Shown here piece after piece: positions 47,114 through 55,665 of a DNA stretch of 64,000 nucleotides (its first letter is position 1; each line of letters starts with the position of its first letter). Source of the DNA: Candidatus Zambryskiibacteriota bacterium (GTDB lineage Bacteria > Patescibacteriota > Minisyncoccia > Phycocordibacterales > WO2-35-19); contig CAWJAC010000005.1 of NCBI GenBank assembly GCA_963840745.1, forward strand, positions 17,615-81,614. The letters are read 5' to 3'. The notes below the pieces were generated by a model that had not been told where the DNA came from, made no database searches, and saw nothing but the letters and a program-made list of their open reading frames with translations. A program made the translations under genes and the position numbers.

Positions 47114-48169
47114 ATGAAAAAAGAAGCCGTCAAGAACAAAATTTTCGTGCTTTCGTTCAATCCTAAGCAGGTTGTTAAAAGACTTTTGAGTTCTCTGCCT
47201 GATAGGGCCCAGGACGTTATCATGGGCCGATTTGGATTTAATGCACAAGGGGAGGAAATGACTCTTGAATCAATCGGCAAAAAATACGGCATTACCAGAG
47301 AGAGAGTCAGACAGATAGAAAATTATGCCATCAACCACATTCGAAAAGCCGACACTTACGAAAAAGAAATGGCTGTTTTTGAAGAGCTTAAAAACACTAT
47401 CAAACAAATGGGCGGAGTGATAGCTGAAGAGGATTTGCTCGATAGCTTAGGCAAAGATGCGGTCACCAAAAAATATATCCATTTCCTTTTGGTGGTTGGT
47501 GATGATTTTAATAAAATAAAAGAAGATATCGAATTTAAGCATCGTTGGCACATTGACGGAGCATTGGCCGAAAAAATCCACGAGGCTTTGCGCAAACTTT
47601 ATATTGGACTCGGTGATGATGAAATTATTCCGGAATCAGAAATTGTTTCTTCTTTCTTGAAACATTTGGAAGATGTCTCTGATGAATACAAACAAGATGA
47701 GATATTAACCCGCTGGCTTTCTATTTCCAAAAACATCGCCAAAAACCCCTTGGGCGAATGGGGCAAGTCAAAATCTTCCAACATAAAAACCAAAGGAGTG
47801 CGCGATTACGCTTACCTCATCTTGCGCAAACACGGCTCGCCGATACATTTTCGCGAAGTGGCCAAACTCATAAGCGAAGTTTTCAATAAAAAAGCCCATG
47901 TCGCCACTACTCACAATGAACTAATTAAAGATCCGAGATTTGTTTTAGTCGGGCGCGGACTTTATGCTCTCAAAGAGTGGGGTTATTCGACCGGCGTGGT
48001 CAGAGATGTTATTCAAGATATTCTAAAAAAGAACGGTCCGCTGCCGAAAGAAGCTGTTCTGGAAAAAGTGCTCAAAGAGCGATACGTCAAACCCAATACC
48101 GTCATGGTCAACCTCCAAAATCCCAAGTATTTCAAAAAAAACAAACAGGGAATGTACACAATAGTTTAA
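47114..48169 (+). CDS. sigma70 region-4-like HTH protein with C-terminal winged-helix (RNAP delta/HARE-HTH-like) domains
   Basis: TLESIG..YGITRERVRQIE; PIHFRE...HNELI.DPRFVLVGRGLYAL.EW. Confidence 0.75.
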   Translation: MKKEAVKNKIFVLSFNPKQVVKRLLSSLPDRAQDVIMGRFGFNAQGEEMTLESIGKKYGITRERVRQIENYAINHIRKADTYEKEMAVFEELKNTIKQMGGVIAEEDLLDSLGKDAVTKKYIHFLLVVGDDFNKIKEDIEFKHRWHIDGALAEKIHEALRKLYIGLGDDEIIPESEIVSSFLKHLEDVSDEYKQDEILTRWLSISKNIAKNPLGEWGKSKSSNIKTKGVRDYAYLILRKHGSPIHFREVAKLISEVFNKKAHVATTHNELIKDPRFVLVGRGLYALKEWGYSTGVVRDVIQDILKKNGPLPKEAVLEKVLKERYVKPNTVMVNLQNPKYFKKNKQGMYTIV

Positions 48170-48191
48170 ATTCCTGTGCTATAATTAGGGT

Positions 48192-49427
48192 ATGGTTTTT
48201 GGTTTTATACCACCTGAAATTTGGAATGGTCTTTTGTTGGCATTTAAATATGTCTATGTAGCATTGCCCGTCTGGCTTCCGGCAATTTTTTTGGTGGTGT
48301 TATTTAACGCTCATCTTTATTACAAAAGGACAAAATTTTGGCAAAAAGAAGGTTCGGTACTCTTGGAAATAAAATTGCCGAGAGAAATAATGAAATCTCC
48401 TTTGGCTATGGAAGTAGTCTTGGGAGTTTTTTCCCAGGGTGGAGGCGAGGGTACTTGGATAAATAGGATATGGGAAGGCAAAACCAGATCTTGGTTTTCA
48501 TTGGAGATTATTTCAGTCGGGGGTAAAATAAGATTTTTCATTTGGACCCAACCAAAGTACAGAAATGTGATTGAAGCGCAGATATACTCTCAATATCCAG
48601 GCATAGAAATTTACGAGGCCGAAGATTACACTAAATCTTTTTATTACAATCCCGACATAAATAATATTTGGGCTTGTGAATTTGCTCTGACAAAACCCGA
48701 TCCGTATCCAATCAAAACTTATGTAGATTACGGGCTTGATAAAGACCCAAAAGAAGAATTTAAAACTGATCCCATGACTCCTATGATAGAATTTTTGGGT
48801 TCAATCACAGAAGGACACAATATTTGGATTCAGATGATAATCCGGGCCCACAAAAAAAGACGTCTATTTGATGTCTTTGGAGAAAGAGAAGATTCATGGA
48901 AAGATGAGTCCAAAGAAGAGATAGAAAAAGTTGTGGAAAAGTTTAGACCAAAGGACAAAGAAAAACCCGGCAGACCCGGAACAAAAGGAGAAACCGAAAT
49001 AATAACGGCTTTGGAACGCAGTGTGTCAAAAATACCATTTGATTGTGGTATTAGGGGAATTTATATCGCAGACAAAGATAAATTTAATCCGGCAAATATA
49101 GGCGGTATAGCAGGTTCTTTTAAACAATACGGATCCGGAGACCTAAACGGCTTCAAACCAGCCGGCTGGTTTACTATTTTTGATTATCCTTGGCAGGAAT
49201 GGGGAGGCTTAAAAGAACAATTGAAAACGAGAGTGTTGGAAGAATACAAACTCCGCCGATATTTTTATTCGCCATGGAGAGGCAAGAAGTTTTACAGCAA
49301 ACCCTTTGTTTTAAATGCCGAAGAGCTTGCCACTATTTATCACTTCCCGGGCTCTGTCTCCAACACTCCAACATTCGAAAGAATACCTTCACTTAAATCT
49401 AAAGCTCCAGCAAATCTGCCTATCTAA
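48192..49427 (+). CDS. hypothetical protein with N-terminal TM helix
   Basis: 411-aa ORF; LLEIKLP, FSLEI, YP..EI.E.EDY, EELATIYHFP. Confidence 0.8.
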   Translation: MVFGFIPPEIWNGLLLAFKYVYVALPVWLPAIFLVVLFNAHLYYKRTKFWQKEGSVLLEIKLPREIMKSPLAMEVVLGVFSQGGGEGTWINRIWEGKTRSWFSLEIISVGGKIRFFIWTQPKYRNVIEAQIYSQYPGIEIYEAEDYTKSFYYNPDINNIWACEFALTKPDPYPIKTYVDYGLDKDPKEEFKTDPMTPMIEFLGSITEGHNIWIQMIIRAHKKRRLFDVFGEREDSWKDESKEEIEKVVEKFRPKDKEKPGRPGTKGETEIITALERSVSKIPFDCGIRGIYIADKDKFNPANIGGIAGSFKQYGSGDLNGFKPAGWFTIFDYPWQEWGGLKEQLKTRVLEEYKLRRYFYSPWRGKKFYSKPFVLNAEELATIYHFPGSVSNTPTFERIPSLKSKAPANLPI

Positions 49428-49434
49428 CAATCTC

Positions 49435-50520
49435 ATGAAAAAATTAATTAAATTAAAAGAGCTGCTGCTCCAGAAATTAGAAAATTTTAGACTCAAGATA
49501 GCTACAAATCCTAAGTTTATGCTTTGGCGCCTGCGACTTTTTGGCGTCAATCCTTCTTTAAGCAAACATATATTCAAAATAATAACTGCTATCATCGCCC
49601 TTTTATTGATTTTCGGAATATTTTACACCGTGAGCTGGAGAGCACCGAGACCATTCCCGGATCAGGCGCTTGTCACTATCGAAAGAGGCGAGTCTTTGAC
49701 ACAAGCGGCCACTTCTCTTAAAGAAAAAGGAGTTATTCGTTCGGCTTTTTGGCTTAAAGTTTTCATAACAATCATGGGCGGAGAGAAAAGGGTCATCGCC
49801 GGTGATTATTATTTTCCCAGCGCAGTAAGTGTTTTTAAAGTGGCAAAAATGATTCACGATGGAGAGTTTGGTTTGATCGCCATTAAAGTCACCATTCCCG
49901 AAGGTACTTCTTCAATAGAGATAGCAAAAATTTTAGAAAAACAATTTCCTGCTTTTAATTCCAAAGATTTTGCCAAAGAGGTTGCTGACAACAATTATGA
50001 AGGCTTTTTGTTCCCAGATACTTATTTCTTCATGCCAAACACCAAAGCTCTCGATGTCATATCAATGATGCGGGAAAATTTTGCCAGACAAATAAAACCG
50101 TATGAGGATGATATTTCGAAATCCAAAAAGTCTATGAACGATATCGTCACTATGGCTTCAATAATAGAAGAAGAGGCTGACGGCTCTCTGGAATCAAAAA
50201 GAATTGTTTCCGGAATTTTATGGAAAAGATTGAGTCTCAAAATGCCGCTGCAGGTTGATTCGCCATTTGTCTATTACAACGGCAAAAATTCCTACACTTT
50301 GACTAAAGAAGATCTGACTGAAGTAGAGCCTTACAATACCTATGTGAATAAAGGGTTACCCCCGACTGCCATTGGTAATCCTGGTATTGATTCTCTGAGA
50401 GCCGCTATCGCGCCCACCAACACTGATTATTTGTACTTTCTTTCCGATAAAAAAGGCAATGTTTATTACGCCAAAACTTTCGAGGATCATCAGACAAATA
50501 GACAGCTGCATTTGAATTAA
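49435..50520 (+). CDS. mltG: endolytic transglycosylase MltG
   Basis: VTIPEG, EGFLFPDTY, MASIIEEEA, MPLQVD, PYNTY..KGLPP..I.NPG, YLYF. Confidence 0.92.
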   Translation: MKKLIKLKELLLQKLENFRLKIATNPKFMLWRLRLFGVNPSLSKHIFKIITAIIALLLIFGIFYTVSWRAPRPFPDQALVTIERGESLTQAATSLKEKGVIRSAFWLKVFITIMGGEKRVIAGDYYFPSAVSVFKVAKMIHDGEFGLIAIKVTIPEGTSSIEIAKILEKQFPAFNSKDFAKEVADNNYEGFLFPDTYFFMPNTKALDVISMMRENFARQIKPYEDDISKSKKSMNDIVTMASIIEEEADGSLESKRIVSGILWKRLSLKMPLQVDSPFVYYNGKNSYTLTKEDLTEVEPYNTYVNKGLPPTAIGNPGIDSLRAAIAPTNTDYLYFLSDKKGNVYYAKTFEDHQTNRQLHLN

Positions 50521-50533
50521 AAAGTAAGCAATT

Positions 50534-51646
50534 ATGAAAAGAAAACAAAAAGCTTGCACTGAGCGAAGTCTAAGGGTTTTTGTTGGAATCTCTGGAGGCG
50601 TTGACAGTGCTGTGAGTGTCGCTTTATTAAAAAAGGAAGGCTATGATGTCACTGGGGTTTTCATTAAGGCCTGGACCCCAGAGGGTTATCCTTGCACTTG
50701 GAAAGAGGACAGGCGAAGCGCCATGAGAGTGGCAGCGGTTTTGGATATTCCATTTATTACTCTTGACCTGGAAAAAGAATACAAAAAAGAAGTGGTTGAT
50801 TATATGATACGTGAGTACAAAATCGGCAGGACTCCCAATCCTGATGTAATGTGCAACAAAGAAATAAAATTCGGGCATTTTTTGAGGTTTGCATTAAAAA
50901 ACGGCGCTGATTTTGTAGCAACAGGACATTACGCGCAAAATAAAAAGGAGGGAGGATTGCAAATCTTGAGCGAAGCGAAGGACAAAAACAAAGACCAATC
51001 ATATTTCCTCTGGACCCTAACTCAAGACCAGCTCAAGCATATTCTTTTTCCCATAGGACATTTGCAAAAATCAGAAGTCAGAAAACTGGCGACAAAGTTT
51101 GGCCTGCCCCAGGCGACACGCAAAGACAGCCAGGGGCTTTGTTTTTTGGGGCAAGTTCACATGAAAGAATTTTTGTCTAGATACATTCCACAGAAGAGGG
51201 GGGGTGTTTTAGATTTGGAAGGCAAAATAATCGGCCACCACAATGGAGCGTTGTTTTTCACCATAGGCGAAAGGCATGGTTTTACCATCACCAAAAAATC
51301 AGACAGAGAAGCACCTCTATATGTGGTTGCCAAAAATATTAAAAAAAATACAATAACAGTTGCTACGAAAAATGCTTTTCAAAAAGTCCTCGGGTCGCCT
51401 TTGCAGAGCTCAACCAGACTTTCTTCAAAGCATTTTTCTACGCAACCCGCTCATGGCAAAAAGTTATCTTGCCGCATCAGATACAAACAAGAAAAAGTTG
51501 GATGTAAAATTGAAGTTAGGAAAAACGAAACGAGAGTAATTTTTGAAAAGCCGCAATTTGGAGTTTCCCCCGGCCAGTCTTTGGTTTTATATGATAATGA
51601 AATTTGCCTCGGAGGAGGTATAATAGATTCGACAAGCTCACTATAA
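50534..51646 (+). CDS. mnmA: tRNA 2-thiouridylase
   Basis: SGGVDS, TPNPDVMCN, ATGHY, KDQSYFL, DSQGLCF, PGQS.V.Y. Confidence 0.95.
   Translation: MKRKQKACTERSLRVFVGISGGVDSAVSVALLKKEGYDVTGVFIKAWTPEGYPCTWKEDRRSAMRVAAVLDIPFITLDLEKEYKKEVVDYMIREYKIGRTPNPDVMCNKEIKFGHFLRFALKNGADFVATGHYAQNKKEGGLQILSEAKDKNKDQSYFLWTLTQDQLKHILFPIGHLQKSEVRKLATKFGLPQATRKDSQGLCFLGQVHMKEFLSRYIPQKRGGVLDLEGKIIGHHNGALFFTIGERHGFTITKKSDREAPLYVVAKNIKKNTITVATKNAFQKVLGSPLQSSTRLSSKHFSTQPAHGKKLSCRIRYKQEKVGCKIEVRKNETRVIFEKPQFGVSPGQSLVLYDNEICLGGGIIDSTSSL
51364..51444. repeat. long palindrome within mnmA
   Basis: GAAAAATGCTTT (51367-51378) / AAAGCATTTTTC (51427-51438) with inner AAAGTC/GACTTT. Confidence 0.7.
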
Positions 51647-51654
51647 ATAAATTA

Positions 51655-52488
51655 ATGAATAATAAATACATAATAAAAGCGACGGGTGAGAGGGAGGAGT
51701 TTAATGCACAGAAATTGCGAGATTCTTTATTGCGGGCCGGAGCCAGTCCGGAAATTGCCGACAAAATTGTGAATCAAGTAGAGAAAGAGCTAAAAGACAA
51801 TGCCAGCACCAAAGATATTTATAATCACGCTTTTGAACTTTTAAAAAAAGAAGAAAGTCCGGCCACATCCAGATATTCACTTAGGAGAGCGGTGATGGAG
51901 CTTGGACCAACCGGTTTTCCTTTTGAAAAATTCGTCGCTGAAATTTTCCACACCAAAGGATTTGAGACTACTACTGACTTTATTGCCAAAGGCGAGTGCG
52001 CCAACCATGAAATAGATATCGTGGCTTGGAAAGAAAAAGAACTTATTTTTGTAGAAGCTAAATTTCATAATGAGCTTGGCATAAAATCAGATTTAAAAAT
52101 TGCACTTTATATAAAAGCCAGATGGGAAGATTTGGCAAATCAAGAATTTGAAGAGTTCGGTCCAAAGAAAAAAATGAGCGAAGGCTGGCTTATCACCAAC
52201 ACTAAATTTTCGGAGTCGGCCATCAAATATGCAAAATGCCGAAATATGAAATTGGTCGGCTGGAATTATCCTGAAGTTGGCAATCTGCAAGACCTTATTG
52301 AAGAAACTCACTTGCACCCCATTACTTGCCTCAACTCCAGTACCCCAAGCGATGAGAGACTTTTGATGGAATTTGGCATTGTTCTTTGCAAACAAGCGCT
52401 TGATAATCCTGATATATTGGTGCAAGCTGGTTTAAGCAAAGATAAGATTGATAAAATGATCGCAGAGATAAAACTAATTTCTAATTAA
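51655..52488 (+). CDS. ATP-cone domain plus Mrr-like PD-(D/E)XK nuclease
   Basis: IIKATG.RE.F...KL..SL (ATP cone); GFPFE, HEIDIVA, VEAK, LITNTKFS. Confidence 0.82.
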   Translation: MNNKYIIKATGEREEFNAQKLRDSLLRAGASPEIADKIVNQVEKELKDNASTKDIYNHAFELLKKEESPATSRYSLRRAVMELGPTGFPFEKFVAEIFHTKGFETTTDFIAKGECANHEIDIVAWKEKELIFVEAKFHNELGIKSDLKIALYIKARWEDLANQEFEEFGPKKKMSEGWLITNTKFSESAIKYAKCRNMKLVGWNYPEVGNLQDLIEETHLHPITCLNSSTPSDERLLMEFGIVLCKQALDNPDILVQAGLSKDKIDKMIAEIKLISN

Positions 52489-52504
52489 CCTAATTGACCT
52501 AATA

Positions 52505-53245
52505 ATGGCGTTTTACAGAAAAAAATTATATGACCCGAAAGCAGAGGAGGCTTTCAAAATAAGCCGAAGTAAAATTGATTTGTTTGTGGAGTGCCCGAGA
52601 TGTTTTTATCTGGACCGCCGGCTCGGCGTCTCGCGGCCCCAGGGATTTCCATTTAACTTAAACAGCGCTGTCGATACATTGCTCAAAAAAGAATTTGATA
52701 TTCACCGCAAGCAAAAAACTCCACATCCACTTATGGAAAGTTATGGTATAGACGCTGTGCCATTTTTAGACGCTCGGATGGAAAAGTGGCGGGAAAATTT
52801 CGCCGGTGTGGAAGTATTTCATGAGCCGACAAATTTTGTTGTTTTTGGCGCTGTAGACGATATTTGGGTAGATAAAAAGGGGGAACTGATGGTGGTTGAT
52901 TATAAAGCAACAAGTAAAACCGAGGAGGTAAATTTGGACGCCGAGTGGCAAGATGGTTATAAAAGACAAATGGAAGTTTATCAATGGCTCTTGCGGCACA
53001 ATGATTTGAAAGTCTCCGACACCGGATATTTTGTTTATGCAAACGGCAAGCGAGACAGGGAAGCATTTGACGGCAAATTGGAATTTGATATAAAACTCAT
53101 TCCTTATACCGGCAAAGATGATTGGATCGAAAAAACTCTTTTGGATATGAAAAAATGTTTGGACTCTGATGGAATTCCAAAATCTTCCCCCAATTGTGAG
53201 TATTGTAAATATATTAATTCAGTGAATAATGCGAACACAAAATAA
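52505..53245 (+). CDS. PD-(D/E)XK nuclease family protein (RecB/Cas4-like)
   Basis: SRSKI...CPRCF, GAVDD, VDYK, QMEVY, CEYC. Confidence 0.85.
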   Translation: MAFYRKKLYDPKAEEAFKISRSKIDLFVECPRCFYLDRRLGVSRPQGFPFNLNSAVDTLLKKEFDIHRKQKTPHPLMESYGIDAVPFLDARMEKWRENFAGVEVFHEPTNFVVFGAVDDIWVDKKGELMVVDYKATSKTEEVNLDAEWQDGYKRQMEVYQWLLRHNDLKVSDTGYFVYANGKRDREAFDGKLEFDIKLIPYTGKDDWIEKTLLDMKKCLDSDGIPKSSPNCEYCKYINSVNNANTK

Positions 53246-53246
53246 A

Positions 53247-53849
53247 ATGAAAAATAAAGATGAGCGAAAAGAATTGATGCGGAAAATAAAAGATGAGGTG
53301 GTGGCGCTCAAGGAGTCGCCGCTTTATGAATTTAGGATTGAAAATAAAAATTTACCGGTCATAGGCGAGGGTAGCCACTTTGCCAAAATAATGTTTATAG
53401 GCGAAGCGCCGGGCCGCAACGAAGCCAAAACCGGCCGGCCTTTTTGCGGAGCGGCGGGCAAGATTTTAGATAAACTCCTTGAAAGCGCCGACATTCCCAG
53501 AGAAGAAATTTACATAACAAACATTGTCAAAGATCGCCCGCCCCAAAACAGAGACCCTCTGCCCGAAGAAATAAAAATCTACGGGCCGTTCCTCGACAGA
53601 CAGATTGAAATTATTCAACCAAAAGTCATCGCCACTCTCGGCCGCTACGCCATGGGTTATGTTATGAATAAGCTGGGTTTGGAACTGGAACTTGATGTTA
53701 TAAGCAAAATGCACGGCCGGACTTTTGATACTGAGACCAGCTACGGCAAAATAAAAGTTGTGCCGCTCTACCATCCGGCCGTCGCCGTCTACAATTCCCA
53801 TACCCTAGACCAGCTTAAAAAAGATTTCCAAATTTTGAAAGATTTGTAA
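53247..53849 (+). CDS. uracil-DNA glycosylase family 4
   Basis: GEAPG..E...GRPF.G.AG, NIVK.RPP.NR.P, LG..A, YHPA. Confidence 0.92.
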   Translation: MKNKDERKELMRKIKDEVVALKESPLYEFRIENKNLPVIGEGSHFAKIMFIGEAPGRNEAKTGRPFCGAAGKILDKLLESADIPREEIYITNIVKDRPPQNRDPLPEEIKIYGPFLDRQIEIIQPKVIATLGRYAMGYVMNKLGLELELDVISKMHGRTFDTETSYGKIKVVPLYHPAVAVYNSHTLDQLKKDFQILKDL

Positions 53850-53872
53850 ATTTAAGGTAGTATTGCAAGACT

Positions 53873-55639
53873 ATGAAATACAAAACTGAGTGGGATTTAA
53901 CTCATATATATAAGAGCGACCCAAAAAGAGGGGTGGTAAAAGATTGCACCCAAATAAAAAAACTCTATCTGGCCTTTGCTAAAAAATACAAAAAAAACAA
54001 AGAACATTTGAAAAGCGCCAAAGCTTTGGCTAAAGCTATTTTGGAATATGAGAATCTATCCAAAAGCCCGGCAGGCGAAAGGCCTGGCGCTTATTTCTCG
54101 CACCGCACATCATTAAATGCTCAGGACAACGAGGCTCGCGCCGAGATTGCTAAACTTTCTGATTTTTATGCAAACCTCGGAAACGAGATGGAATTTTTCT
54201 TTTTGGAAATCGGCAAGATTCCAAAAGAATTGCAAAACAAATTTTTGAAATCAAAAGAACTCGCGCCTTTCAAATATTTCCTTAAAAAACTTTTTGAAAA
54301 CGCCAAGTATCACCTCTCCGAAGCAGAAGAGAAGATAATGAATCTCAAAGGCACACCGGCTCATAGCATGTGGGTTTCCGGATTCAGCAAACTTCTGAGT
54401 AAACAAACGGTCAGATTTGAAGGCAAAGATATGCCAATTGCCGAAGCTTTTGCCAAAATTCCGACACTAAAAACAAATAAAAGGCGCTCTCTTCACATGG
54501 AAGCGATGAGAACCTTAGAAAAAATCAGCGACTTTTGCGAAAGCGAGATAAATGCGGTAGTCACAAACAAAAAAATAAACGACAAACTTCGCGGATTTAA
54601 AACACCCTACGAAGCAACGGTGAAAGGTTATGAAAACGATTCAAAAACCGTTAAAGATTTGGTGGAGACAGTGACCAAAAACTTCAGCATCGCCCACAAA
54701 TTTTACAAAATAAAAGCAGAGATGCTTGGAGAAAAGAAACTCTCTTATGCCGACAGGGGAGCCAAGGTTGGTAAAACGGAAATAAAAATTGCTTTTGAAG
54801 AAGCGGTAAACAAAGTTATAAAAACTTTCAATGAAGCCGACCCTGACTTTGGAAATTTTGTTAAAGAAATGTTTGATGATGGTCTGGTGGACGTATTCCC
54901 CAAAATAGGCAAGCATGGCGGAGCTTTTTGCTCAAGCGGTACAGGTGTTCCGACTTACATTTTGCTCAACCACATTCCAGATTTCAAATCGATGACAACG
55001 TTGGCACACGAAATGGGTCATGGTATTCACGCCAAATATTCAAAGAAACAGAGACCTTTATACGAAAGCCACACCATAGCTACCGCAGAAACAGCCAGCA
55101 CATTTTTTGAAAATTTAGTTTTTGAAGAAGCCTTGCAAAACATATCACCCAAGGAAAAAATAATTCTGCTGCACGACAAAATCGCAGATGATATTTCTAC
55201 CATCTTCCGCCAGATTGCCTGCTTTAACTTTGAAAATGAATTGCACCTGACAATAAGGAAAGAGGGATTTTTGGAGAAAGAAAAAATAGTCACATTGATG
55301 AATAAGCATATGCAAAGTTATTTGGGGCCGGTATTTGAGTTGGTGCCGGAGGACGGTTACTTCTTCGTCAATTGGTCGCACATTCGCAACTTCTTCTACG
55401 TTTATTCTTACGCCTTTGGTCAACTCATATCAGATGCACTTTATGAAAGATATAAAGAAGATAAAACCAAAATAAAAGATGTAATTCAATTTCTTTCTGC
55501 CGGATGCTCCGATTCACCAGAAAACATTTTCAAAAAAATAGGCATTAATCCTAGTAAAAAACTGTTTGAAACCGGCCTAAACCGCATTAAAACAGACATC
55601 GACGAATTAGAAAAGCTCTGGGAGACAAATAAGAAATAA
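53873..55639 (+). CDS. pepF: M3B oligoendopeptidase F
   Basis: WDL..IY, GK.GGAF, TLAHEMGHG.H, AETAS.F.E, FYVYSYAFG. Confidence 0.9.
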   Translation: MKYKTEWDLTHIYKSDPKRGVVKDCTQIKKLYLAFAKKYKKNKEHLKSAKALAKAILEYENLSKSPAGERPGAYFSHRTSLNAQDNEARAEIAKLSDFYANLGNEMEFFFLEIGKIPKELQNKFLKSKELAPFKYFLKKLFENAKYHLSEAEEKIMNLKGTPAHSMWVSGFSKLLSKQTVRFEGKDMPIAEAFAKIPTLKTNKRRSLHMEAMRTLEKISDFCESEINAVVTNKKINDKLRGFKTPYEATVKGYENDSKTVKDLVETVTKNFSIAHKFYKIKAEMLGEKKLSYADRGAKVGKTEIKIAFEEAVNKVIKTFNEADPDFGNFVKEMFDDGLVDVFPKIGKHGGAFCSSGTGVPTYILLNHIPDFKSMTTLAHEMGHGIHAKYSKKQRPLYESHTIATAETASTFFENLVFEEALQNISPKEKIILLHDKIADDISTIFRQIACFNFENELHLTIRKEGFLEKEKIVTLMNKHMQSYLGPVFELVPEDGYFFVNWSHIRNFFYVYSYAFGQLISDALYERYKEDKTKIKDVIQFLSAGCSDSPENIFKKIGINPSKKLFETGLNRIKTDIDELEKLWETNKK

Positions 55640-55665
55640 TCGTCTTTTTGTTGTAAAATGGAAAC

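Noticed and set aside
52505-53245. Cas4-like nuclease as evidence of CRISPR-Cas
   Set aside because: No repeat-spacer array or other cas genes were seen in the window.
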